From the IMG/VR virus record IMGVR_UViG_3300036820_000010, positions 20,581 to 84,580 of that record: a stretch of 64,000 nucleotides of DNA; one strand, 5' to 3'. The first letter of the stretch is position 1; every line of letters starts with the position of its first letter. Source of the DNA: a virus. Made by a program: the position numbers and the translations under genes. The notes under the pieces were generated by a model, which was given only the letters and a program-made list of their open reading frames with translations, searched no databases and was not told the origin of the DNA. This document shows, piece by piece, positions 9,808 through 19,246 of the stretch.

Positions 9808-10734
9808 TTGGCTAACCTGAGTGCAGGCAGAATCAAGCCTGAGGACGTCTACACCCCTCCCACCGACGTCCTCGAGACAATCCTGAAGCCTAGAATCCAG
9901 ATCCCAAGTTACCTTCTCCGCAAGATAGGGGACACCTCGACGATAAGAACTGGGTACGACTCGATCACGGCTAAGAACATCCCGGCCAACGCTTCAATCG
10001 CTATGGGCTACGGGGATGGGTTGTACCAGTGGTCGGCCGCTGACTGGGCACGGTTCTCTCAAATCACCGTCGAAATCGCAGTCAACCCGACCCACAACCT
10101 AGGTAAGGTCTACGACTGCGAGACGGGCAACGGAGAACCCGCAGATGCTGTGCCTTGGGTGAAGATGCGCAGAGCAGCAGGCATCGACCCGACCATCTAC
10201 TGTGGGCAGAACTCATGGTGGGAACAGATCATCCAAGCCTTTGTGTCTGCTGGAGTCGAGCAACCCCACTACTGGGTAGCCAACTACGACGGGGTGCAAA
10301 CCATCCCTGCAGGAGCGATCGCCAAGCAGTATGCGGATCCTGGGCAGTATGACCTGTCTTGCGTCGCTGCTTACTGGCCTGGGGTAGATCCGACTCCTCC
10401 CCCTACACCCACCAACAAGTCAGGAGACGAGATGAGGACCTTCATCTTCACGACTACCGGCCAGCCTGCGATCGAAGTCGACGACCGGGGAGCAACTGGA
10501 ATCCCTGACCAGGTCACCTACAAGGCGATTCTCGCCTCCAACGACGTTGATCTCTGGACCAACGTCAACCCGTCCTTCTTCACTGCAATGCTCAAGAAGT
10601 GGGCAGTAGCAACTACTCCTGCTACCGCCTCGGCTACTACCCTGACAGAGCACATCAAGGCCCTGTTCGCCAACCACGACGAGGAAGCAAACGGCCCTCT
10701 GCAGAACTGGGACCCGTCTTGGGACACCAAGTAG
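9808..10734 (+). CDS. Endolysin, GH25-like muramidase domain, Pro/Thr linker, C-terminal domain
   Basis: 'VYDCETGN', 'PTIYC', 'YWVANYDG', 'AKQY', 'YDLS' GH25-like motifs; TPPPTPT linker; adjacent holin. Confidence 0.75.
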   Translation: MANLSAGRIKPEDVYTPPTDVLETILKPRIQIPSYLLRKIGDTSTIRTGYDSITAKNIPANASIAMGYGDGLYQWSAADWARFSQITVEIAVNPTHNLGKVYDCETGNGEPADAVPWVKMRRAAGIDPTIYCGQNSWWEQIIQAFVSAGVEQPHYWVANYDGVQTIPAGAIAKQYADPGQYDLSCVAAYWPGVDPTPPPTPTNKSGDEMRTFIFTTTGQPAIEVDDRGATGIPDQVTYKAILASNDVDLWTNVNPSFFTAMLKKWAVATTPATASATTLTEHIKALFANHDEEANGPLQNWDPSWDTK

Positions 10735-10737
10735 GCA

Positions 10738-10986
10738 GTGCCTGACTACTCCCCCTATATCGCAGCCGTGATCGGATTCTTGAATCTGGTTCTCGCTGCC
10801 CTCGCTGCCTTCGGGGTCATGACTTTGACTCCGACCGAGCAGACAGCACTCTCGGCCATCTTCGCCTCACTCGGATCAGGAGCACTCCTGTTCATCCCCG
10901 TCTTCATCCACGTCAAGGCGGTAACCATGATCAAGGCGAAGAACGGAGTCTACCAGATGCCCAAGTCTTCAACCTCAGGCAAGTAG
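10738..10986 (+). CDS. Holin (2 TM, basic C-terminus)
   Basis: Two TMs; 'LTPTEQTAL' turn typical of phage holins; directly after the endolysin. Confidence 0.7.
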   Translation: MPDYSPYIAAVIGFLNLVLAALAAFGVMTLTPTEQTALSAIFASLGSGALLFIPVFIHVKAVTMIKAKNGVYQMPKSSTSGK

Positions 10987-11772
10987 ATGCTAGTCACCTC
11001 AGGTACCCTGGTCAGGAGATACCAAGAACTCGACACCAATCCCTATGGACTAGGCAGGCACATGGTCCTAGACGCCCGCTCACTCGACTACACAGTCGAG
11101 AGAGATGAAGACAAGATGGCGACTTCGGTCAAGCCAGTTACCTGGTTGCCCTCTATCCCGATCCTTAACCAAGGCCAAGTCGGATCCTGCACCGGAAACG
11201 CCTCGACCTACCACCTGTCCAACCTGTATACCAAGAACCTACCCAAATGTGTCCTAAGCAAGGACACCCTGTCTACCTCGACACCCAACCAGAACGAGAA
11301 GTTCGCCCTAGAGGTCTACCATGAGGCGACCACCGACGACGGCCTAGGCCCCCCTTACCCACCCAACGATCGCGGGTCATCGGGCCTCGGAGCCTCGAAG
11401 GCTATGCTCTCGGCCAAGTTGATCACCCAGTACACCTGGGCGACCACACTCGAAGGCTGGATGGTCCTGATGCAGACTAGGGGGACCATCATCGGGACTC
11501 CCTGGTACCAGGCCTTCTTCGAGCCTGACTCTAACGGGTTCATCGACTCTGACCCGTCTTGGGAGCAATCAGGCATCGCAGGTGGGCATGAGATCTACAT
11601 CTGCTCTCTAGAGGCTTGGAATCCAATAGACCCGTCTAAGTCGGTAGTCGCCTTCCCCAACTCCTGGGATACTTCCTGGGGAGACCAAGGCTATGGGAGG
11701 CTCCACCTCTCGACCTACCTCAAACTGCAGTCCCAGATAGACGTCAAGCAGTTTGAACTGACCCCTGCCTGA
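10987..11772 (+). CDS. Papain-like cysteine peptidase (C1 family)
   Basis: Catalytic motifs 'NQGQVGSCTG', 'GGHEI', 'NSWDTSWGDQGYG'. Confidence 0.85.
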   Translation: MLVTSGTLVRRYQELDTNPYGLGRHMVLDARSLDYTVERDEDKMATSVKPVTWLPSIPILNQGQVGSCTGNASTYHLSNLYTKNLPKCVLSKDTLSTSTPNQNEKFALEVYHEATTDDGLGPPYPPNDRGSSGLGASKAMLSAKLITQYTWATTLEGWMVLMQTRGTIIGTPWYQAFFEPDSNGFIDSDPSWEQSGIAGGHEIYICSLEAWNPIDPSKSVVAFPNSWDTSWGDQGYGRLHLSTYLKLQSQIDVKQFELTPA

Positions 11773-11778
11773 GAATCC

Positions 11779-12117
11779 ATGCTAGCAGAACTCTTTCGTT
11801 GGGTTCTGCACTATACCGGGTCGGACAACGTGTCCGGACCTTGGTATGGATTCTTCTCGGGATTCGGGAGCGACCTAAGCGAAATCACTCTAGTTGGGGC
11901 AGTCGTCGCCTTCTACTGGAAACATACTTGCCACGTCGGAGGATGCTGGAGGCTAGGTCGCCTCAAGGTCGAAGGCTCAGAGTGGACTGTCTGCCACAAG
12001 CATCACCCAGAAGGTCCCCCCTCCCATCATGACATCCTGAGGCATTTTCACCAGAGGCAGGAAGAAAAGTACAAGGCCCAAGCTCACTCCAACCTAACAG
12101 GACGAGCCGAGAACTGA
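11779..12117 (+). CDS. Membrane protein with Cys/His C-terminal motif
   Basis: TM segment followed by 'CHVGGCWRLG...VCHKHHP'. Confidence 0.6.
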   Translation: MLAELFRWVLHYTGSDNVSGPWYGFFSGFGSDLSEITLVGAVVAFYWKHTCHVGGCWRLGRLKVEGSEWTVCHKHHPEGPPSHHDILRHFHQRQEEKYKAQAHSNLTGRAEN

Positions 12118-12255
12118 AACGTACTCAACCTGCCAAGAACGGCCCCCGGCAGAGCAGGTGCTCCCTGCCGACCGGAACCTCCGGTTAAGGAGGCTGGACA
12201 TCCCTGACTAGGTGTTTCCAGTTTCGACTCGACTCGCCCTGTCAAGCAGGAGATC

Positions 12256-12513
12256 CTAAACTGCGATCCCGTGGATGTCGAGGAGAACCTCGTCCCAAGG
12301 CCGCATCAGGTCCCGGGCCATGATCTCGAGGTCGATCTCTAGGATCTCAAGAATCGCCTCTGCCTTCGAGGCCGGGATCTTCACGTTCCCTGCCTCCCAC
12401 GAAGCGACATCAGGCTGAGAAGTGCGCGCGAGTGCGAGGGCCAGGGTCTCCTGGGTCATTCCTGCCCTCTTACGAAGGACAGTCAGAGTAAGAATCTCGC
12501 GTCCACGTACCAT
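12256..12513 (-). CDS. XRE-family HTH DNA-binding protein
   Basis: 'LRKRAGMTQETLA...SQPDVASWEAG'; TATAAT just upstream (~12523). Confidence 0.8.
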   Translation of the reverse strand: MVRGREILTLTVLRKRAGMTQETLALALARTSQPDVASWEAGNVKIPASKAEAILEILEIDLEIMARDLMRPWDEVLLDIHGIAV

Positions 12514-12537
12514 CTTACCATGATTATAACACAAATA

Positions 12538-12915
12538 TCAGGCAGCACTTAACCAGAGTTTCAGGAAGGCAGAAGTCGAATCGTGACCTAGACAACGTAG
12601 GCAAACGTTATCAGGCTCGGCTATGACCTCCTCGGCACCGAGGCAGGTCGCCCCAAAGGTCATGTTCCCGCATCGAAACATGCAGCAGTAGTGGGTCTCG
12701 TAGATATGCACTCCGCCTACCCGGTGGAAACGAAACCCCCGTCGAGTTGATCGGACCCACGGGCCTGCCTCGAAGAAGAGTTCGCTAGGACTAGTGGACG
12801 AGTCTTGGTTTCCTGTAAGCAGAGTCATTTCTTCGCTTAGAATTCGCTTCTGACTTCTCTTCTTCTGCGTCCTTCTCCTGCAAGTAAGCAGAAGAGTTCC
12901 AGGACTTCGCTTCAC
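12538..12915 (-). CDS. Hypothetical Cys-rich protein (true start probably ~12828)
   Basis: Fills the gap after the polymerase gene; CxxC 'CLRC'. Confidence 0.45.
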   Translation of the reverse strand: MKRSPGTLLLTCRRRTQKKRSQKRILSEEMTLLTGNQDSSTSPSELFFEAGPWVRSTRRGFRFHRVGGVHIYETHYCCMFRCGNMTFGATCLGAEEVIAEPDNVCLRCLGHDSTSAFLKLWLSAA

Positions 12916-15376
12916 CCCACCTGAGGCCCACCTTCAATTTACTGTCAAAAGGAACTCCTGTCCCAGGCAAGATCTTTTGGCCTGCCTCACTCATCGTCTT
13001 CTTGATGTAGGGGATGAGGTCTTCAACCAGGTCGTTCCTGACTTCCAAGTAAATCGCGTCATGGATAGAAAACAGGACGTAGGCCCCCTTAGGCAAGTTC
13101 TGGTGCAGGTCGATGAGGGCCCGAATACAAATGTCAGAAGCAGTACCTTGGATAGGAGAATTGAACGCCTGCCTCTCGATCGAACCTTTGTCCTTGCGTT
13201 GGACTAGGGGGAATCTGCGCCTGCGACCTAGGGGGGATTCGACCATCTTATCCCGCAAGGCCTTCGCCTTGACTGAAACCATGTAGTCCCGCAAAACAGG
13301 AAACCCGTCTAGGAACTGCCTCAAAAAGAACTCTGCCTCTTGAATCGTCCACCAATGCTTACCCGGGGGCAAGAACTCAAACTCAGACCCCTCAACTAGA
13401 GCCTTTGCTGTTCTACCGTAGAGAATCCCGAAGTCAGCCCGCTTAGCAAGGTCCCGGTCAAAATCATCGACGTCTTCTGGAGGCTTGGAAAACATCATGG
13501 CCGCAACTTCTCGGTGCACATCCCGCCCCTCAACAAAGGTAGCTATGAGTTGAGGATCTCCGCAAAGGGCTGCTGCAACCCTGAGTTCGAGTTGCGAGAA
13601 GTCAGACTCCACCCAGGTATACCCTGGAGTAGGCACAAACGCCTTGCGAATCTCTGTCCCTAAGAGTTGGGGGATGTTTTGGAGATTGGGATTTGAACTT
13701 GAGATGCGTCCAGTTGCGGTCCCGATGATCCTGAAATCTGAGTGGATTCTCCCATTGTCTCCAACCCGGGCGAGGATCCCGTTGATGTAGGTCTTGAGAG
13801 TCTTTTGGCGCTCCCGGTAATGAATGATCGCCTGGAGACCCGCCTTGACCTCAGGATCCTGGGCAGTAGTAGAAAGTGCATGCAGCACCGTCCTGTTGGT
13901 GGTCGTCGCGGATTTGGCCCGTGAACCCGATACATCACCAGTGACTTTTGCCTTAGCCGACCTCCACGTCTCGTAGACAAGTTTCTTGACCTGCAGAGGA
14001 GATCCTGGGTTGAAGTCGTCAAACCCGTACTTCTTACCTAAGACCTTGAGGTCCTGGAGTCTCTTCTCGACATCGAGTTCAACTTCCTTCTGCAGGGACT
14101 CTAAATAGGGGATATCGACCTGGACACCTCGCAACTCGATGTCAGAAAAGGCCAAGGTCGCCGGAAGAAGAAGGTCCTCGGCTACCGCGAGGAGTTTAGG
14201 GGATTCTTCTTCGACTTCATGGCGTAACTTGGCTGCGAGTTGTGCAGTATAGTAGACATCCTTTGCCTGGTAAGCGTAGAGTTCAGGCAAGGCCACCTTC
14301 TGGTCCGCGGGCGTCATCTTGTAGTAAGCAGGAAAGTCGAAGTCATACCCGTCATCGTCGTAGTGGACCCTAGCCAAGGCCTTCAACCCATGGATCTTGA
14401 AGCGCCCAATCGGCCTTTCGTCTAGGCAGTACGACCAGGCCATGGTGTCGGCTAGACGGGGGGGATGCAAGTATTCCCCAAACAGAATATCAAGGAACTG
14501 CAGATCAAACTTCATGTTGTGCAGGACCAGAGTGCCTCTCTGCACTCCACCCATCAGAACCGCGTGCATGACGCGGAGAGAACGCGGATCTGACAAGAGG
14601 TCAGGGGGGACGATGACAGCCTGGTTCCCCGCACAGAACCCAACTGAGATGATCTTGTCTCGCAACGCCTCGACACCCATCGTCTCGATGTCACAGGACA
14701 AATAACCTGTCTGCACCGAAGACTCGACTAAGCCCGGAGGATGCCCTGAGACTCCGAGTAGAAAATCTTCTACTCCCTTCCCGGTCGCTGGAACTGTCAA
14801 CTGAATATTGGGTTCTGGGAGAGGAGAATCATTCGCCAACCACTTCTCGATGTCGTTGGCGAAGTCCCGGAAGACATCAGGATCACGTAAAACGGCAGAG
14901 GGATGGTAAGTCGGGACAGTATAGATCTGTCGCCCACCCCAAGTCGTATAGATCCCCCTGCCTCTCTGCGTCGTGATCGTGGCCATACGCGACAGACGAG
15001 TCGCTGCCGTCAACCCAACACCCCCGACAGTCAGGATCTTCTTGGGGTTGACCAGGCAAACCTCACTCTCTAGACGGGATGCGCAAACCTGAATCGCCGA
15101 GATCCCAGGAAACTTGTTTCCTGGGGGATAACAGAGGATAGTATTAGTGAAGTAGACCTCATCGAGATCAACTCCATGCCCCTTGAGTGTCGAGCGCAAG
15201 AGTTCTCCCGCGGGTCCGACAAAGGGAAAACCCCTAGCCGCCTCGATACCTCCTGGAGCCTCCCCTAAGATCAAGAGACCATCCCCTGACCCGTTTCCCT
15301 GGACCAGAGGACTATCCTTGAGGACACAATTCTCACATCTTGCAGGTAGGTCTGGGTTGAGTTCTCGACGAGGCAT
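12791..15376 (-). CDS. polA: DNA polymerase A with N-terminal family-4 uracil-DNA glycosylase domain and 3'-5' exonuclease
   Basis: UDG4: 'CENCVL', 'LGEAPG', 'PFVGPAG', 'TYHPSAVLR'; ExoI 'DIET'; Pol motifs 'TATGRISSSNPNLQNIP', 'DFSQLELR', 'AKRADFGILYG', 'IHDAI'. Confidence 0.95.
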   Translation of the reverse strand: MPRRELNPDLPARCENCVLKDSPLVQGNGSGDGLLILGEAPGGIEAARGFPFVGPAGELLRSTLKGHGVDLDEVYFTNTILCYPPGNKFPGISAIQVCASRLESEVCLVNPKKILTVGGVGLTAATRLSRMATITTQRGRGIYTTWGGRQIYTVPTYHPSAVLRDPDVFRDFANDIEKWLANDSPLPEPNIQLTVPATGKGVEDFLLGVSGHPPGLVESSVQTGYLSCDIETMGVEALRDKIISVGFCAGNQAVIVPPDLLSDPRSLRVMHAVLMGGVQRGTLVLHNMKFDLQFLDILFGEYLHPPRLADTMAWSYCLDERPIGRFKIHGLKALARVHYDDDGYDFDFPAYYKMTPADQKVALPELYAYQAKDVYYTAQLAAKLRHEVEEESPKLLAVAEDLLLPATLAFSDIELRGVQVDIPYLESLQKEVELDVEKRLQDLKVLGKKYGFDDFNPGSPLQVKKLVYETWRSAKAKVTGDVSGSRAKSATTTNRTVLHALSTTAQDPEVKAGLQAIIHYRERQKTLKTYINGILARVGDNGRIHSDFRIIGTATGRISSSNPNLQNIPQLLGTEIRKAFVPTPGYTWVESDFSQLELRVAAALCGDPQLIATFVEGRDVHREVAAMMFSKPPEDVDDFDRDLAKRADFGILYGRTAKALVEGSEFEFLPPGKHWWTIQEAEFFLRQFLDGFPVLRDYMVSVKAKALRDKMVESPLGRRRRFPLVQRKDKGSIERQAFNSPIQGTASDICIRALIDLHQNLPKGAYVLFSIHDAIYLEVRNDLVEDLIPYIKKTMSEAGQKILPGTGVPFDSKLKVGLRWGEAKSWNSSAYLQEKDAEEEKSEANSKRRNDSAYRKPRLVH

Positions 15377-15380
15377 ACCT

Positions 15381-15710
15381 TCACTCAGGTTTCGGCATAG
15401 ACGACGTCTCCGAGACAGCAGTTAGGTTCTGCAACCATGCCTCTGCTCGAGGATCCGGGATCAACTGCCAAATGCATACCGGATGAATAGATTTGACGAT
15501 CTGTCCATCAACTGCACATCCAGGAGACAACTCGCAGTGCCCATCTTCCGTCCAGGCACGCAATAATTTACGCCCCTTGGTGTTCTCGACACCATCAGGG
15601 TCCTGGCATTCACCCCCGACCAGATGGCAATCAAAGGCAGCCAACCCATGAAAATGCCGTCCACAAGACCCACAGTGATCAGTGCACGTCTGGCGTATGA
15701 CTCTTGGCAT
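15381..15710 (-). CDS. Zn-binding phage protein (FDxH-type)
   Basis: 'HCGSCGRHFHGLAAFDCH...C'. Confidence 0.6.
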   Translation of the reverse strand: MPRVIRQTCTDHCGSCGRHFHGLAAFDCHLVGGECQDPDGVENTKGRKLLRAWTEDGHCELSPGCAVDGQIVKSIHPVCIWQLIPDPRAEAWLQNLTAVSETSSMPKPE

Positions 15711-15894
15711 GTCCCCTCACCAACTTTAAGTCTGACATCGGAAAGTCCTGGGGATAAACCAACCCCTCGACCTTGACCCGTGCCCAGGTCTTGAACACTC
15801 TCCTGACTATCCCAGGACGCGGCCTAGTAATCCCATGCCTGATCGCCAACTTCGAGTTGACGATCACCTCGTCACCTGCTTTGAAGTCTTCCAC
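15679..15894 (-). CDS. Small SH3/KOW-like hypothetical protein
   Basis: 'FKAGDEVIV...GIVRRV...RVKV'. Confidence 0.5.
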   Translation of the reverse strand: MEDFKAGDEVIVNSKLAIRHGITRPRPGIVRRVFKTWARVKVEGLVYPQDFPMSDLKLVRGHAKSHTPDVH

Positions 15895-15903
15895 TTAAAG
15901 TCT

Positions 15904-16173
15904 TCAGATTAAAGGCCTCAGAGATATCTCTAGGATTTCTCGGTCAAACTCCATGTGCAGGACCTTCCCCGGGTAGTCGATGTAGACAGTCTTGAGTTCA
16001 GATCCTTCCGGTACCCCTTCGATAACTTGGGCACTGATCACACTGCCTTGAGTCAACATCCCAACCAAGAAATCGATCGAGACCAGGACTTCATTAGAAC
16101 GGGGACCCTTAAAACCTGCGAACGGGGCGGTCTTGGGTTTCGGTCTCCTGACGATGTAGTCCGGAACTCGCAC
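15904..16173 (-). CDS. Hypothetical protein
   Basis: RBS AGGAGG; co-oriented in the operon. Confidence 0.5.
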   Translation of the reverse strand: MRVPDYIVRRPKPKTAPFAGFKGPRSNEVLVSIDFLVGMLTQGSVISAQVIEGVPEGSELKTVYIDYPGKVLHMEFDREILEISLRPLI

Positions 16174-16993
16174 CGGGACCTCCTTGGGCTAGAGTAGCAA
16201 AAACAGACGCATTTGCCTTGGCCAAGGCCAGTTCCTCCTCGGTCAGGACCCAAGAAAAGTAATTTAGAGGACGAGTCGGGTACTCTGGAACCTTACCCCC
16301 TGCCTTGAGCCTGATCCCTGCCTTTGCATAGCAGAAGGGCTTTGCACTGTCAGTCGATCGAATCCACGGAAACTCACTAGCCATGTCGCCCAAGACCCAG
16401 AGTTGCCTCCCCCAGCCTAGAAGGTGCACCTCGACACCATCATTTTCGACCAAAGGCAAGATGTCATCGCGGAGAATCTTAGGAACCCCACCTTCCCATA
16501 TCTCGTAGTCCTTAGACACTCCGACGGTCGGGGGTTGGGTGAAGATCTCAGGGTAGACCTTGTGATGTCGGGCCCACTGCATCATCAAACCGAAGAGGCA
16601 GGACTTGTAGTCCTTGTAATCCTCGCCCTGCGGGACCAGCATCAACTTCGGGACAGGAAGTTCTGTCTTCGCGGCAAAAGTAAAGAACTCCTTAGCCTTG
16701 GACAGGGTCTCCATGCTCTTGAACAAGTGATCAGGAACAACTACCTCGTTGGACTTGACTTCACTCGCATGCTTGAGTAGATTAGTTGCCTGGGCCCCTG
16801 CAGTAAATTCGTGGGCACTGTTGTCAAGTATTAAGTAAGCCCCCTCTTTCTTCTCCCGCATGTAGTGATCCCGGTACGCCTTGCGGTTCATCATGTGATC
16901 GAGTAGAAGGTGGTACTTAGAGTGCCCGAATCGATCTAGATGGGCAGTAGGCGGGATCAGAGCAACGAACATTCTAGGAGCGTCTCCATACAT
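16109..16993 (-). CDS. TGT/DpdA-like TIM-barrel protein, candidate 7-deazaguanine transglycosylase (likely start 16972)
   Basis: 'LILDNSAHE', 'VVPD', 'VPQG', 'VHLLG', 'RSTDSAKP' follow the order of TGT/DpdA motifs (DSG, D, H.LG, S.DS); lies within the que cluster. Confidence 0.6.
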   Translation of the reverse strand: MYGDAPRMFVALIPPTAHLDRFGHSKYHLLLDHMMNRKAYRDHYMREKKEGAYLILDNSAHEFTAGAQATNLLKHASEVKSNEVVVPDHLFKSMETLSKAKEFFTFAAKTELPVPKLMLVPQGEDYKDYKSCLFGLMMQWARHHKVYPEIFTQPPTVGVSKDYEIWEGGVPKILRDDILPLVENDGVEVHLLGWGRQLWVLGDMASEFPWIRSTDSAKPFCYAKAGIRLKAGGKVPEYPTRPLNYFSWVLTEEELALAKANASVFATLAQGGPGASSGLHRQETETQDRPVRRF

Positions 16994-17777
16994 ATAAGGT
17001 CGTCGTCGGGAACTCGCGGTCGTAGGTGATGTAGTTGGTAAATTGTCCGATCAGTTTCGGGAGAACCGTTTCGATGCCCAGGTACTCGGCCCAATGATTA
17101 TAGCGGATGAGGAGTTGCAGATCGGATTTGAGGGCCTTGACTGTCGAGGCGTGGTCGACATCGTGAAACTCACACTGCATCTTAGTCGGGAAGTTCCAGC
17201 CTCGCCCAAAAGGTTTCTTCATGATCATGGTGTGCGGGTCACCTTCTGACCCCCCACCCGCGTAGTGCATAAAGGTAACCTGAGGCGCAGATGCGCACTC
17301 TAGGGGTTGCTTCGGCCACAGGGAGCACCCTTTACCTCCATTAGGCCTCTCTGCCGTCAGGTAGGGGCAAAACGGATAGGGACTCTGGTTGACCGAAACT
17401 ATAGTACTCGCTTTCCCATTGACGATGATCTCACGCTCTTCCCAAGGCACTAACTTTTTCTTAGACTCTTCCATCTCCGCGAATTCTTCCGGGAGAAAGT
17501 CGAGAGTGACCGCGATCGCACAGCAAGCGTGGCACCCATCGACGCAGACGAACTGCCGGAAGACAGAAGGTCCGATCCCAACCCATTCTGGAATCTTCTT
17601 CAAGACCGGCCTGTTCTTCTTACCCCAGTAGACAGGTTTCGGAGACAGGCAGGCCAACTGATGAGTCATCTTGAAAATCGAGTCGGGGTAGGTAGATGAC
17701 GGATTGCGCTTCAGGCGAGAGTCGTGAGGATCTACATCGTCGAAGAACCCGGGCAGAGTCGGAAGTTCCTTCCTCAT
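16974..17777 (-). CDS. YkgJ/CxxCxxCC-family Fe-S cluster protein
   Basis: 'CVDGCHACC', 'FCPYL', 'GCSLWPKQPLECASAP'. Confidence 0.7.
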   Translation of the reverse strand: MRKELPTLPGFFDDVDPHDSRLKRNPSSTYPDSIFKMTHQLACLSPKPVYWGKKNRPVLKKIPEWVGIGPSVFRQFVCVDGCHACCAIAVTLDFLPEEFAEMEESKKKLVPWEEREIIVNGKASTIVSVNQSPYPFCPYLTAERPNGGKGCSLWPKQPLECASAPQVTFMHYAGGGSEGDPHTMIMKKPFGRGWNFPTKMQCEFHDVDHASTVKALKSDLQLLIRYNHWAEYLGIETVLPKLIGQFTNYITYDREFPTTTLYVWRRS

Positions 17778-18082
17778 TTCATTTTCCTATTGATGAACTC
17801 GACGATCTGAATAGCAACTGCAGCAGTGTGCACACACTCCTCAACAACATTGTCCAGGAGTTCATTCCAATGGTCGGAATCAGACTGAGTATCGAAGTCA
17901 AGTATTGCCTTGGACACTTCTCCGAACTCCTCGCCTAGGATCAATCCCCACTTGTCTAGTGGATGATTCTGCTCACCCCATAAGCCTTGTTGTCTTTCCC
18001 TCTCCTCCAGGACCAGTTGCATACTGTCTTCAGTAGACTTGAGATCGAAGTCAGACTTTACAGGCGCCATGGAGTTCTCCAC
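17774..18082 (-). CDS. MazG-like nucleotide pyrophosphohydrolase
   Basis: 'ERERQ...WG', 'ILGEEFGEVSKA', 'EECVHTAAVA'. Confidence 0.8.
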   Translation of the reverse strand: MENSMAPVKSDFDLKSTEDSMQLVLEERERQQGLWGEQNHPLDKWGLILGEEFGEVSKAILDFDTQSDSDHWNELLDNVVEECVHTAAVAIQIVEFINRKMK

Positions 18083-18351
18083 TCAGGCAAGGCCTCGGGT
18101 GTGATGTACTCTTGGGGAAGCGTATCTTCTAAGGGTTTCAGGTCCTCTGTGAGATTGGAAACTTTCCCCTGAACCTCACCCATACCCTTGCCCAGACTAA
18201 ACAGAAAGGCAGAGAAACTCCTCAACCCCCTAGTGATCTCTTCTCCCAACTCTTGGCCTGACTGGAAAGCAGGATCGACCACTTCGACAACCAGGGGTGG
18301 GTCTAGTCGGTCAGCAAGATTGCGCAAGACCCCACCTAGTTTATGCCTCAC
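18058..18351 (-). CDS. Hypothetical protein
   Basis: GTG start overlapping the queC stop (VRHKLGG...). Confidence 0.45.
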   Translation of the reverse strand: MRHKLGGVLRNLADRLDPPLVVEVVDPAFQSGQELGEEITRGLRSFSAFLFSLGKGMGEVQGKVSNLTEDLKPLEDTLPQEYITPEALPEWRTPWRL

Positions 18352-19052
18352 AAATTGATTCCCCCGACCGCAAGGGATCTCTCTAAGGAGACTTGGTACA
18401 AAGTCGGGTCCTTGATCCCAGCCAGATGAAACGCCTCGCGCCTCTCGACACAAGTAGCACAGAGACCGCAGTGCTGGGATCCGCCTTCGTAACACGACCA
18501 AGTCAGGTCCCAAGGGACCTTGGCTTCCTGGCCCCTCTTGGCGATTTCTGCCTTAGTGTTGTGGATGAAAGGAGCAGTTACCCGGAAGTCATCCCTGTAG
18601 AACCCTGAGTTCCCGATCCTCGCGGTCCGGTTGAACTCGTCGATGAAGGCAGGACGGCAGTCAGGGTAGATAGCATGGTCACCCGCGTGGACCGCAGTAA
18701 CCACCCGATCTGCCCCGAGGGCTACTGCCCACCCGACCGCGATCGAAAGGAGGATCATGTTTCGGTTAGGGACCACCGTCGCCTTCATACTCTCTTCGGT
18801 GTAGTGACCATGAGGAACTTCTTTGTCTGAAGTCAGAGCTGACGTTGACAGGAGTTCCCGCAAAGGCTCCATGTCGACCACTCTCCACTCAGAGAAGAGT
18901 CGCTGCGCGCACATGTTGGCGAACTTGAGTTCCTTACTGTGCTTCTGGCCATAATTTACTGAAAGGCAGTACAGTTTGTCCCCGTTGCCTTTGAGGATGT
19001 GGGCCAAGGCAACACTGTCCATGCCTCCCGACAGTAGTACTACACTCTTCAT
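18348..19052 (-). CDS. queC: 7-cyano-7-deazaguanine synthase
   Basis: 'LLSGGMDS', 'YGQKH', 'VPNRN', 'YPDCR', 'TWSCY...HCGLCATCVER'. Confidence 0.97.
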   Translation of the reverse strand: MKSVVLLSGGMDSVALAHILKGNGDKLYCLSVNYGQKHSKELKFANMCAQRLFSEWRVVDMEPLRELLSTSALTSDKEVPHGHYTEESMKATVVPNRNMILLSIAVGWAVALGADRVVTAVHAGDHAIYPDCRPAFIDEFNRTARIGNSGFYRDDFRVTAPFIHNTKAEIAKRGQEAKVPWDLTWSCYEGGSQHCGLCATCVERREAFHLAGIKDPTLYQVSLERSLAVGGINL

Positions 19053-19246
19053 AGATAAGTTTGTTCTCCCGCCTTGTAACGAACTGCGTCGATCGCGTCC
19101 ATGACTCGGTCAATCGGTTCAGTCCAGAGTGTACTGAGTTCGCCTAGAGTCATCTTCTTCTCGTCATCGGACATAGACTCTACAGTTTCCATGAGTCTCT
19201 GGAAAGGCATACTGCGTAGAGTACGTCTAGAGTCCTCAAGCATCAC
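19049..19246 (-). CDS. Hypothetical protein
   Basis: ATGA-coupled at both ends. Confidence 0.55.
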   Translation of the reverse strand: MMLEDSRRTLRSMPFQRLMETVESMSDDEKKMTLGELSTLWTEPIDRVMDAIDAVRYKAGEQTYL

